Origin: Octopus sinensis
Lineage: Eukaryota
Assembly: GCF_006345805.1 (NCBI RefSeq)
Contig: NC_043012.1
Span: forward strand, 16,492,001 to 16,556,000
Length of the DNA stretch: 64,000 nt
Direction of reading: 5' to 3'
Below, piece by piece: positions 39,169 to 51,614 of the stretch; position 1 is the first letter of the stretch; the number at the start of each line of letters is the position of its first letter. The notes under the pieces were generated by a model. That model was given only the letters and a program-made list of their open reading frames with translations. It was not told the origin of the DNA and made no database searches. A program made the translations under genes and the position numbers.

Positions 39169-39205
39169 CTTTTACGTTTCGAGCCTATGCTCTTCAACAG
39201 AAAAG
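39169..39205 (-). ncRNA. Variant minimal hammerhead-like motif (core CUGUUGA)
   Basis: ctttt-CTGTTGA-a-gagc-atag-gctc-GAAA-cg-TA-aaag; the same family is degenerate at ~8868-8905 and ~50718-50750. Confidence 0.45.
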
Positions 39206-39557
39206 AACACAGAAATAAACAGAGAGAGAAAATAATGGTTTAGTGCCTAGCAATCAACCATGGCGAATGCCAGACAAAGGTGATCAAACAGGAGAACTAG
39301 ATAGAAGGGGAGATAATAAAGTAGTGGGGATCATATATATATATATATATGGGAATTAAACAAAAAACTAGATTATTTGAATATTTAATTCATATCTAAG
39401 TCATATTATTGACTACCAAGTGATTCAGTGAGTACTTTTGGTGATAAAATATTCTGTTTCATCATATATTTGAGATACAGTCTCTGTTGAGTTCACATGA
39501 AGTTATAGCACTGAATACCTGCTCTGCCACCCTGTATATACATATATATATGTAAGT

Positions 39558-39619
<62 letters not shown>

Positions 39620-39624
39620 AAGAG

Positions 39625-39685
<61 letters not shown>

Positions 39686-40801
39686 GCACAGGATATTATA
39701 TACTAATGTACCAATTGATTGGTCACTAAGTCATTTCTGTTTGGAAACTTTTGTTGTTTTTCTCTTGGCAAAACACTTTAAAATCACCATAGCATAATTT
39801 TCACCTGGCTGTTACAAATAGGTAACAGAATTTCTGGACAATTACACCTGTGATATACAATGACATGATCGAGGAACAATAGAACTTATTCGTCGATCCC
39901 CTTAATACCAAAGAAAGCTGATCTCAGTTTAAATTTTATGTAAGCATTGCATGTGTCCTGTTGAGATTAGTTAATGAATAGGTGCTTGTTATCTATGGAA
40001 AACTGTTAAAGATAGCAAATGCAATAAAACACAAGAAGCTTTTGGTTAATTTCCTTCTCTCAGTATTTTACTTTTGGGGATTTTTGTTGTTTGTGTTGTT
40101 GTTTCCATTGACTTGCCAGAGTTCATGAAGAAACAAGAAATTCTCCATACAGGTGTGGCTGTGTGGTAAGAAGCTTGCTTCCCAACCACCTGATTCTGGG
40201 TTCAGTCCTATTGTGTGGCACTTTAGGCAAGTGTCTTCTGCTATAACCTCAAGCCAACCAAACCGATATAAACAAGCATGCATTTTACACCAAAAGCCAA
40301 TATGAGATTTTCTCCCATGGTATCTTCTGCCATAATGTTCGTTCTAATAGAACATCTATGATTAAGTGTGGTTAAATGTTACCTCCCAATATTAACTCTG
40401 CCTTTGTTGCTAATATACAAGAGGAAGTCAAAAATTATCTACAATTTCACCATAACATATATTTATTATCATCACACTGCTTTCTGCATAGTGTGCTTAT
40501 AGTTGGTACTATTGTAGTCATGTGACATCTATTAGTCCACATCTATCAGTCCACAAATATTTTCTTCTCTGGTTTATTATTATTTCCACGTGAGACCTTT
40601 TCTTTTTTTCGAAGCGTCTCCTCTATTGGGAGTTTTGTAAATTGTTGAATTTTTTACGTTGTAAAGCTTGTTTACATGGACTTTTTTCTTTCGAAAAACG
40701 GACAAAACCTTTTGTAACCTTTCGTCCTGTTTTGTCCCTTTATGTTTTCCAATCATGTTTGTCAGCCCTTGTGGCCAATATAAAGAATTTATTATTATTA
40801 C

Positions 40802-40853
<52 letters not shown>

Positions 40854-41018
40854 TACTTTTAATCTGCAAGTCTGCAACACGAGGAAGTCAAAAATTATCT
40901 GCACTTTCACCAAAACATATTTATTATCATCACACTGCTTTCTGCATATCTGTGATTATAGTTGGTACTATTGCGGTCATGTGACATCTATTAGTCCACA
41001 AGTACTTTCTTCTCTTGC

Positions 41019-41066
<48 letters not shown>

Positions 41067-41078
41067 GTGTGAGCGTGC

Positions 41079-41111
<33 letters not shown>

Positions 41112-41547
41112 TGTGGGTATTTATTTATCTGTTTATAAATAGATGATGAATGGATAGGAACTAGAGAATTTGATAGATGACTGGCTGTTTGTCTCTGTGT
41201 CAATTGTCTGGTTGAGTGGGAGAAGCACCATTGTCAAAGAAACAAAACAGAAATGAATAAATAAAAGACATAATCAGCAAACCATGGCAATTATCTAATT
41301 GTCTAAAATTCCCTCTGGAATTTATAAGAAATAAAAGTTCATCAGAAATTTTAGAATTACATCTCCACCCAGGTTTTATATTGTTTCCTGCTTTTTTTTT
41401 TTTAGATTTCAATAAAAGAAAAAAAGGGGGGAAAAAAACACCCACCCATCCAAAAACATAACAAAACAAGAACAATTTTACCAAAATGGATAATTTATTG
41501 ATAATGCGATGTTTGTGTTACTATGCAATTTTTGCAGTCACTGTTTC

Positions 41548-41587
<40 letters not shown>

Positions 41588-41592
<5 letters not shown>

Positions 41593-41905
41593 TCCACCTT
41601 AGCGAAGGCAGAGGTATTTTTTTCAGTCGTGTTTGTTTGTTTGTCTGTCTGTGGATAAGATATCTCAAGAACTGCTGGATGGATTCAGGGATGTTTCACC
41701 TTGTGACTGGCATGAATTGATTCTGGACTATTTTTCCTGTTCTTTTAATTAATTTTTGAGAGCAGTTGGGCTCATTTTTAGTATTCTCATTTGTGAGAAC
41801 AGTTGAGTTTATTTCAGATATTCTCATTTTAAAAATCATCCTAATCATTGAGAGAACATTGGTGTTGCCTTGGTGGAAGTTTGCACTCTGTGAGTGCTCT
41901 CATTA
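41588..41905 (+). mobile_element. DINE-1/HINE-like non-autonomous Helentron
   Basis: 5' TTACCTCCACC with partial IR, (GTTT/GTCT)n tract, subterminal IR CCTTGGTGGAAG and 3' hairpin GCACTC-TGT-GAGTGC. Confidence 0.65.
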
Positions 41906-41927
41906 TTATTATCATTATTATTATTAT

Positions 41928-42028
41928 TGAGTGAGAGAGCAGTTCATGCCATCAAAGTGACACTGGGGTAAAATATACGAAGCCCAATATACCCATCATG
42001 ACCACCCGTCTGATAAAGGTACACCAGG

Positions 42029-42106
<78 letters not shown>

Positions 42107-42665
42107 TTAAGTGAGAGAGCAGTGCATGCCATCAAAGTGACACCGGGGTAAAATATACGAAGCCCAGTATACCCATCATGACTACCCATCTGATAAGCGT
42201 TCACTAGGCACATGCATCACAACTATATGTGTGTGACATGGTAATCTCGTATCAAGATAAACAGCACATGACCTTACAGGTGGAACCCAGTTAGAATTTT
42301 CTTCTGGTTGAGTAACTCATCTCGCTCAAAATGTCCCTGAATAAGGGTTGTTTAAGGATGTTGAACGAACCACCCATGTTTTCAGAGGTGAATTATCCAA
42401 ACCCCAAAGAATCCCTCTCAACATATGGCTATGATGCTACTCCACTACTTCTGCTTTTGATCAGAGATGCACATATCGTCAGCTACTAAGGGACATGCTC
42501 AACTGGTTAAGGTCAAACAACTGACAAGCAAATCTGTGGTATTGAGCAGAATATTTGCTGTAGCCCATCTTTTATAGCATGACAAAACAATATACATGAT
42601 AACACTTCCAATCAGTTAAGATCAGAAGCCATGAGAGCCACTGCTTGGTACTGCATCAGGGCATT
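41928..42665 (-). mobile_element. Family E non-autonomous retroposon in (TAA)n (one 3' fragment plus one ~555-bp copy)
   Basis: Homologous to 55103-55445 (-) and 61373-61850 (+); ends ..GCTCTCTCACTC(AAT)n. Confidence 0.75.
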
Positions 42666-42790
42666 ATTATTATCATTATTATTATTATTATTATTTTTTT
42701 TTTAACTCAGGTTTTGTTAGACCTCCTGGAATCTTGCATGCATAGCAGACTTGCTGCCTGCAGCCTACGGTACCATGCTATTCACTCTTT

Positions 42791-43465
42791 TCAACTATCT
42801 AATACTTTCCTGATTATTCTGGCCATGCCAAGAAGGCAAACCTTCTGTAGTAGTTCTACTGGGCACTCTATTCCAATTTCCTTTATATTCCTCTTGATAT
42901 CTTTATCATCATCATCATTATTATTAAGGCTACGAGCTGGCAGAAATTTTAGCACGTTGGGCAAAATACTTAGTGATATTTCATCCATCTTTACATTCAA
43001 ATTCCGCTGAGGTCAACTTTGCGTTTCATCTTTTAGGGGTCAATGAAACACTAGGGTCATTGTATTCAACTAGTCCTCTCCAAAATATTACAGGCCTTGT
43101 GCATTTAGTAGAAAGGATTATTATTATTATTTTTTTTAATGAAAATTCACAGCTTATTGTGCTGGGTACGATGGAAAGGGTCAGCTGTCCACAGCCAGCA
43201 GACTCAGGTGACACTTGTTTACTGGTCTTGCTTCAAGAATCCTGTGAAGAATTCTTGCAATTCCAAGCAATACTGATTTTTGTAGGTGTTCTACCTTCAC
43301 ACTCGCACCAATCTTTTTCAGTCATGTCGGTAGCTGAGTGCTGATACTTCCATCTACTCTCTTCATTGACCACAACCTTTGTATTTCCCATTTCAAATCA
43401 TCGTAGTTGTTCAGTTTTTCTTCTTTCTCTTTGATCCTGTTGTCTTTGGGACATGCTATGTCAAT
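42791..43465 (-). mobile_element. Fragmented RLE-type (R4/Dong-like) LINE 3' end
   Basis: IIDIACPKDNRIKEKEEK..YDDLKWEIQRLW and VELLQKVCLLGMARIIRKVLDS*, interrupted by a family B SINE. Confidence 0.7.
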
Positions 43466-44503
43466 TATCATCATCATCATCATCATCATTGTCGTTGTCA
43501 TCATCATCATCATCATCAACATCTTTAAATATCCTTTTTATTCCTCAACAATGCATAAGGTGCAGGATGGCTGTGTGGTAAGAAGCTTGCTTCCCAACCA
43601 CATGGTTCTGGGTTCAATCCCACTGCGTGACACCTTGGGAAAGTCTTCAACTATAGTCTCAGGCTGACCAAAACCTTGTGAGTGGATTTGGTAGACAGAA
43701 ACTGAAAGAAGCCCATCATATATAAATATATATAATTTTCTTGTGAAGACCTGTTGAGGCAAGTGGAAATCGAAATCGATCAAGATCAATGGAAATTGTA
43801 GCTGTGATACCAGTGCCGGTTGCACGTAAAAAGCACCATCCGATCGTGGCAGTTGCCAGCCTCGCCCCCCCCCCCCGTGCCGGTAGCACATAAAAAGCAC
43901 CATTCGACCGTGGCCGTTTGCCAGCCCCGTCTGGCACCTGTGCCGGTGGCACGTAAAAAGCACCCACTACACTCACGGAGTGGTTGGTGTTAGGAAGGGC
44001 ATCCAGCTGTAGAAACATTGCCAGATCAGACTGGGCCTGGTGCAGCCTTCTGGCTTCCCAGATCCCAGTTGAACCGTCCAACCCATGCTAGCATGGAAAG
44101 CGGACGCTAAATGATGATGATGATGATGATGATGATAAATATATATATATATATGCATTTGTGTGTCCGTGTTTGTCCACCCCCACTATCGGTTGATGAC
44201 CGATGTGTGTTTACATCCTTGTAAGAGACCATTAGAATAAATACTAGGGTTGATTTGTTTGACAAAAGCATTGCTCCTGTATGGCCACAGCCAAATGGCA
44301 GAAACAAGTAAAAGAGTAAAAGAGCAAAAGCGTATAAGTAATAATAAAATGATTACATAATTCAACCAATGACACACCATTTGGCATTGTGTTCTTACAT
44401 CACAAAGACATTATTATTGTTGTTCCTCTTGTTCTTGTTCTTATTAGCATTTCTACTGTTGCTTTTCCTTGTTCTTTCTTCCTTCTTGCTGTGGTTAAAT
44501 ATA

Positions 44504-44980
44504 ATAACTTTATTCTCAAATGCAAGATGAAGCTAATACTATAGCATGAGCTGGATAAGCTATCCATGTTTTGCAGAAATATCTGTCGGCGGCCAGCCAT
44601 GAGACTCAAACTCACATCCCTGTGACTACGTGTCAAGTGCTTTACCATTAGGCTAAACTGCCCTAATGACAAATTCTTCTGCAAATTTAGGATATATAAA
44701 TCTAGCTTTATAAGACACTATCACACATTAAATTCAACTTACGTTGAAAGTCAACAGAAGCATTGAGATGTATTGAAAGATATAGATAAGGAAATAATTT
44801 TATTCTCAAACGCAGGATAATGCTTAGACATGTAATTACAGGGATGTGAGTTTGTGTCTCATGGCTGGCTGCTGATGGATTTTTCTGCAAAATATGGACA
44901 GTTTATCCTGTTCATGCTATATTATTAGCATTATCCTGTGTTTGAGATTAAAATTATTTCCTTATCTGTGGCTTATAATA
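44504..44980. repeat. Inverted-duplicated element with the same architecture as 36121-36692
   Basis: ~44504-44640 is inverted relative to ~44822-44960; IR 44785-44824 / 44927-44966; possible 13-bp TSD GTGGTTAAATATA / GTGGTTATATACA. Confidence 0.6.
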
Positions 44981-45266
44981 GTGGTTATATACATATTGTC
45001 TACAACACACAACAACTTGTTGGCAAAGGGTAAAAAATGGGACAGAAAGCAGCAATAAAACATGTAAAGAAAGATAGCAATGTTAACCAAACAAAACATG
45101 CACTGGGAACAGGATTAGACAGAGAAGGGAAGAGTGAAAGATCCATAAAAAGGAAAGAGTGCATAGGTACATTAGGTTCAGTGTTGGTAAATCTGGGGAA
45201 GCATGGAATTCTTGAAGAAAAGAGTTTCCTGACAGTGAACATGGAATGTGTGCAGTTCATTCCATG

Positions 45267-45658
45267 CATGTGGAGGTGCAATGGCCCAGTGGTTAGGGCA
45301 GCAGACACGCGGTTGTGGGATCGCAGTTTCGATTTCCAGACCAGGCGTTGTGAGTGATTATTGAGCGAAAACACCAAAAGCTCCACGAGGCTCCGGCAGG
45401 GGCTTGTGGCGAACCCTGCTGTACTCTTTCACTACAACTTTCTCTCACCCTTTCTTCCTGTTTCTGTTGTACCTGTATTTCAAAGGACCAGCCTTGTAAC
45501 ACTCTGTGTCATGTTGAATCTCCCCGAGAACTACATTAAGGGTACACGTGTCTGTGGAGCGTTCAGCCACTTGCATGTTAATTTCACGAGCAGGCTGTTC
45601 CATTGATCGGATCAACTGGAACTCTTGCCATTGTAACTGACGGAGTGCCACGATGATG
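45267..45658 (+). mobile_element. Family A SINE, full length
   Basis: tRNA head and body as above; flanking ATTCCATG duplication. Confidence 0.85.
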
Positions 45659-46147
45659 ATTCCATGTGTCAACAGTTCTGAACATCATCATCATCATCAT
45701 CATCATTTAGCGTCCGTTTTCCATGCTAGCATGGGTTGGACAGAAAATATATTTCTGAAAATATATTTCTGAAAATCATGGATGCTGAGTTGGGTTTTTT
45801 TTTTTAATTTAATTTAATTTTATTTAATTTTTTATTTATTTTGTAAGTATGTCTGCTAGTGATAATGATTCTTCTTCTAAATTCTTTAACTCCATGGAGC
45901 ACAGGGTGACAACAAGACAACTCAACTTGTTTCCATCTTTGGCAATGGATTGCAGTTGTCCCCAGGTGAAGCCAACTGCCAGTATTACAGTTTCTGTGGA
46001 CCTTTCCCATGTTGTTTTTGATCTGCCATTCGTGTGTCTCCCTTTAAGGGTTCATCAGAGGCCTTGCTTTATAATGCTGAAAACAGATTTCTGTAAAATG
46101 CGTCTCATTTTAATAATTAAAAAATAGAAGAGACATACACACATACA

Positions 46148-46179
<32 letters not shown>

Positions 46180-48882
46180 AACAGACAACTGGCCTCTTTC
46201 AGCTTCTGTCAATCAAATCCAACCCACAAGGCTTTGACTGGCCCAGAGCTTGCCCATGAGCCCACAAAGACTGAACCCCAAACCAGCTTTTTAACCATTG
46301 GTTTCACGCCTCTCATGCGTTCTATTGCATTTGGTAATATTGATGACTCTTCAGATATGATAGCTGGAAGTGCATAAGCCTTTTATATGCTGGAGATGAA
46401 TATACTGTCCTAGTTCATTTGGTGGTAATAAAAAGCTGGAAAAAAAAAGGTGACAGGTTATAACATTTTCTGGGACACAAAGAAGAGTTGCCTCCCATGG
46501 TATGATTTCAGCTTTGACCAAAAGGGGTCATCAGTGCCTGCAGTTATGTTTTCTGTTCCTTAAAAAAGGGGAAGACCATATTGCCAAAAGGAATTTTCTT
46601 TCAAGATTACAGTTTGGTATCAGGTGGCTGCATTGATGTATGACCTTTCATTAGGTTTGCAGTAGAGTCTGTGTGATATGGTCTAAGAAATTCATCATGT
46701 TAAGGTGTTAGCCTCTTTGGTAATTCTAAATCTTAAGTAGAGTGTGAACCAGGTCATTCCCAAATGCCTGTTCAGGGTGTGCCCATTTGTGCCTCTAGAA
46801 ATGGCTGAAGCATTGTCCCTAAAGCATGTTAAAGGAATTTCTTAGTGCCTAATGTAAATATTTCTCTGAAATCATAGGTAGCCACATATCAGAATGCTCT
46901 CATTGCCACACCAAAGGAGCTTTCTGGGTCTGTTTGTTTTTGACCAAGGTCAAACTTTCTTTGGCATGCAATATTACTAGTATACCTCTATGCATACATA
47001 TATATATATATATATATATATGCATGTGAATGTGTGTGCATATGTGCATGCACATGTGTGTGTATATGTGTGTGCGTGTAGTTACTGACACACACATACA
47101 TGTGTGGTACGTAAAAAGCATCATTCAATCATGGTCGATGCCAGTACCACCTGACTGGACCCCATGCCGGTGGCACGAAAAAGTACCCACAACCTTCTCA
47201 GAGTGGGTGGCGTTAGGAAGGGCATCCAGCTGTAGAAACTTTGCTAAATCAGATTGGAGCCTGGTGCAGCCTTCTGGCTTGTCAGCCCTTAGTCAAATCG
47301 TCCAACCCATGCCAGTGTAGAAATCGGACGTTAAACGACGATGACGATGATGATATACATGTTATATATTTTATATATATATGTATGTGTGCGTGCATGT
47401 GTATGTGTGTGTTTGTGTGTGTGTGTCTGTGTGTGTGTGTGTATGTGTGTGTGTGTGTGTGTGTGACCATGCCAAAACTGACCTGAGTGCTTGTGCCACG
47501 TGAAAAGCATCTAGTCCACACTGTGAAGCAGTTGGCATTTGAAGGGCATCCAGTTTAATAATCATGCCAAACTGACCTCATCTGTGCTGGTGCCATGTAA
47601 AAAGTATCCAGTCTACTCTACAGGGCGGCTGTTGTTAGGAAGGACATCTACCCATACCAAAATAGACAGTAGCCTGAGGCAGTCTTCTACTTGGCTGGTT
47701 CCTGTCAAACCGTCCAACCCATGCCAGCATGGCAAGCGGGCGTTAAATGATGATGATGATGATATGTGTATGTATGTATTTATGTATGTAGGTATGCGTG
47801 TGTGCACGTGTTTGCATATAATAAACTTGGATATGAATTTAACACATTAAGATTTCATAATTTGTTCTCGTAACTAAGAAAACAAACAGAAAAACGAGGG
47901 AAAAGAGACCCAAATATAAAAAAAAATTAACAGACCAAAAAAATATAACGAGTAAAAGGAACGAAAAGAAAAAGTAATTTATTTAAAAATCCGTTTTCAG
48001 TGTAGTAAAGTTTTTAATCCGGCTGGACTTATTTATGAGAGAGGATATAAAATTACTCGTGTCCGCTCTATATGTGTGAATGTGTATAGCTTCTGTTGAC
48101 ACCCACTTCCAAAAGAAGTCTATATAAAGAGAAAAACTAACAAAAAAAAAGACCGACACGCCTATTCTGTCTGTTGTTTTATTATAAAAGCTTATGTGTA
48201 TGTGTGACAGGCGATACAGAGAGTAATAGTGCAAGATAGATAGCTTGATGTATAGTTATCTAGCAAAATATATATGCAACAAGCACTTGGTAGATAAATC
48301 GATTGATAACGTGGAAGAGAGAGAGAGAGAGAGAGAGGGAGAGAAAGAGATAGAGAGAGAAAGCGAGAGGAAGAGAAAGAGAGAGAGAAGAAAAGAAACT
48401 TTCAGGATGACCCAAAACAAAAATTATGGCTGACTAATTGAATTGAAGACCTGTACTTCTTAGAGTTTATTAGATTACGCCAAAAAACAGAAGAAATTTA
48501 CTGGATTTTAGATACTAATATAATATAACAGTGAAAATCTGTTAGGATTTGTGTCCGCGGGGGGGAAAGTCACCAAAACAAAAATATGCATGAACTATAT
48601 AGCTGACAAGAAAAGTTCTCCTACAGTCTCACACACACACACATACACATTCAGAAGTGAACACGTTCATACACATGTGTATATAAGATACGCATTGTCC
48701 TTAGACTTGTCATTCTTTCATGCTTTTCTCTACGAAGCACACTGTCCACAGAAGTGGATAGTGAAGTAAAAAAAAAAAAACACTTCCATACACACACATT
48801 ATTGTTTATTTAATTTAATTTCGTTTTGGTTGTCCTTATTCTCAAATTTTCGGAGGGATTTTCTCTTTTAAAAGTAGCTCTT

Positions 48883-49048
48883 ATGTCTGATAAAGTGGAT
48901 AATGCGCTGCCCCAAACAACAATGGCCCTGGTCGAGGAAATACAGAACTTCACTGAGAACTCTCAAAGACTCAAACAAATTCTGGAAGAAACGAAAAGTT
49001 TATACGAAGACATCAAAATTAAAACGGCCAATATCGACCAACAAGACA
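48883..49048 (+). CDS. Probable first coding exon of an unidentified host gene (helical/coiled-coil-like N-terminus)
   Basis: ATG-initiated non-repetitive 55 codons MSDKVDNALPQTTMALVEEIQNFTENSQRLKQILEETKSLYEDIKIKTANIDQQD followed by a consensus donor GTAAGT (phase 1); preceded by ~1 kb of SINE-free, CpG-retaining DNA. Confidence 0.6.
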
Positions 49049-49207
49049 GTAAGTATTAATTGATTAATTAATTAATTAATTAATTACGGGAACATCAATA
49101 GCAACTAATCTATATGGTTGTTCTTAGACTTATTGAGAGATGTATCGTGATTGTGTAATGTTTATATATATTTCTCGAAGGCATTAAAATGATGTGCATT
49201 TGTGTGC

Positions 49208-49243
<36 letters not shown>

Positions 49244-51206
49244 AGATAGATAAATGTATACATTTACATACACGCATAACATAGCTGATACCCCCTTTCT
49301 TAACGCTATGATGAATGAACATCACATCACTTTAAAAAACACATTATTATTATTGTTGTCTTTTATGACTTTTCACATTTTGAGTTCAAATTCCTCTGAG
49401 GTCAACTTTACCTTCGTCCTTTCGTGTTGGATAAAATAAAGTACAAGTCAAGCATTGGATCGATATAATTTACTAACTCCTCCCTCAAATTTTCAGGTGT
49501 TGTGCCTATAATAGAAAAGCTTGTTGTTGTTTCACAAATTATCGATTTCTCTACAATAACAGGTTCGAGGTTCTCAGACTTATTGAGAGATGTATCATGA
49601 TTGTGCAATGTTTATAAATATTTCTTGAGGTCATTAAAATGATGTGCATTATTGTGCGTATTTATATCTATATGCAGATAGATAGATAGATAGATAGATA
49701 AGTTTCTTTATTGGCTACACAGGGCTGCACACAGATGGGACAAGTTACAAGGTAGAGCTTTACTTTTGGGGAAGAAAAAAAAAGGTGGCGTAGGTTTTCG
49801 ATCAAAAGGGATCGTAAAAGGAAAAAAAAAATAGATAGATAGACAGATAGATAGATGTATACATTTACACACACAAATCACCGTTTTTATTAGTTATGTT
49901 TTGTTTTACTAGCTTTTCTTTCCTTTCATATATTCTATTGTCTGTTACTATTCCGGTGTGTTATCGTTAGGGTAGAGAGGATTTCTTTAGCTGTGAATCA
50001 AGCCTGAGACAACGGTCTCCATTCTCGATCGAAAAGCTGTTTTATTTTGCCCTGAAGAAAACGAAAATGTTTGCTTCTTTCACTTTGCTCGCCCAGTTTG
50101 TTTCCTTATAAATCCAGAACACTGCTCTTTCTAAGAAATCGTCATTACCAGTTCTACTGTTTGAGCTGCAGACTTATGGTTAAAAAGCAATCCAACGGTG
50201 ACCACCACATCGTCCCCTCTTTTTGCTGGTATATATCTAAGATCACGCTATGATGTATCATACCTTCCATTCTGGAGATTATTTGGATGTTGTTTGAAGG
50301 AATTACGACTACTATTTCTAGCAATTCGAGTGCTCACGTAGATGTTTCTCAATAGCTCATCATTTATTGTTGTTGCTGTTGCTATTGTTTGGCCTCAGGT
50401 CCACCTTGATCTGACAGACCTATGATCAAAGGTGCACCGACCTTGAACATCTCGTCTGTTCGTGTACATTTGTTACAAACCACAACCAATCCCAGTCGCA
50501 AAGCAGAACGAATCAAACGGGATACGCTGGGTTTGAGCCCTCCACTTCTATCCTCTCCGTACGCTTCCCCAAGCAAGCGGGAAGAACTGAACAAACCCAC
50601 TGCAACCTATCGAAGCGCTCGTTAGGTTTTCCCTTTGCACCTGAGAGTTGTTCTTCAGAGCCATTTCATTTCATTTCATTCATCAAAAGCAAATTAATGT
50701 AATTTGACAGATAAATGCTGAGTAGCGTAGGCTCGAAACGTAAAAGACTTTTCCATTTTTACCGAGCGTTAAACTAATACACCTGCTTGTTGTTCCTTCA
50801 CCTGTCTTCGTCTTTTCTTCTGTAAATTTGAACTAACACACACACACACACACACACACTGGTTCCACATTTAAACTTCTTCGCATCATGATCTGAAATA
50901 TAAGATTTTTTCCTACTTTGATGACGGAGGTTCGATTTATCCAATGTTTATTGCTTCCATTACTGGTTGCATATTTTGGTGAACTACATCTACCAACATG
51001 ATAATGGATCTCCGAACCCCCCAGAAACAGTTGTTGGACTTATAACACCTTACTTCCTCCCCTTTAATTTTTGGTAAATTTACCTAATTTTCTTCTGTCG
51101 TTTGTACTCCGTGCAAGTTTGATCTATTAGTATATTTGCAATTATTTAATTGGTATATCATAACCATCGTGTATATTTAATTTGTTCATCCGCATAATTG
51201 CCCCCC

Positions 51207-51253
<47 letters not shown>

Positions 51254-51398
51254 ATATATGTGTGTGTCTATACATATATATATATATAGCAAGTGTTACC
51301 AGTTAAAAGCTCTGCATACTGGATGCTTGCAAGATTATGGAGTCATCAGAAGAGCACGCACGCCGTTTCGAGGCCTTCCTCCTGACGACATTATTGGG

Positions 51399-51614
51399 AG
51401 CTGGCAGAATCGTTAGCACGTCGGGCGAAATGCTTAGCGGTATTTCGGCTGCCGTAACGTTGTGAATTCAAATTCCGCCGAGCTCGACTTTGCCTTTCAT
51501 CCTTTCGGGGTCGATAAAATTGAGTACCAGTTACGCACTGGGGTTGATGTAATCGATTTTAATACCTATGTTTGTCCCCTCTATGTTTAGCCCCTTGTGG
51601 GTAATAAAGAAATA
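51399..51614 (+). mobile_element. Family B SINE with TSD, within a possible RLE-LINE 3' relic (~51300-51800 minus)
   Basis: TSD G(A/G)CATTATTGGG; host minus strand reads IQAIMEKAIHWIRLKRG (weak HERO/NeSL-like C-terminus). Confidence 0.75.
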
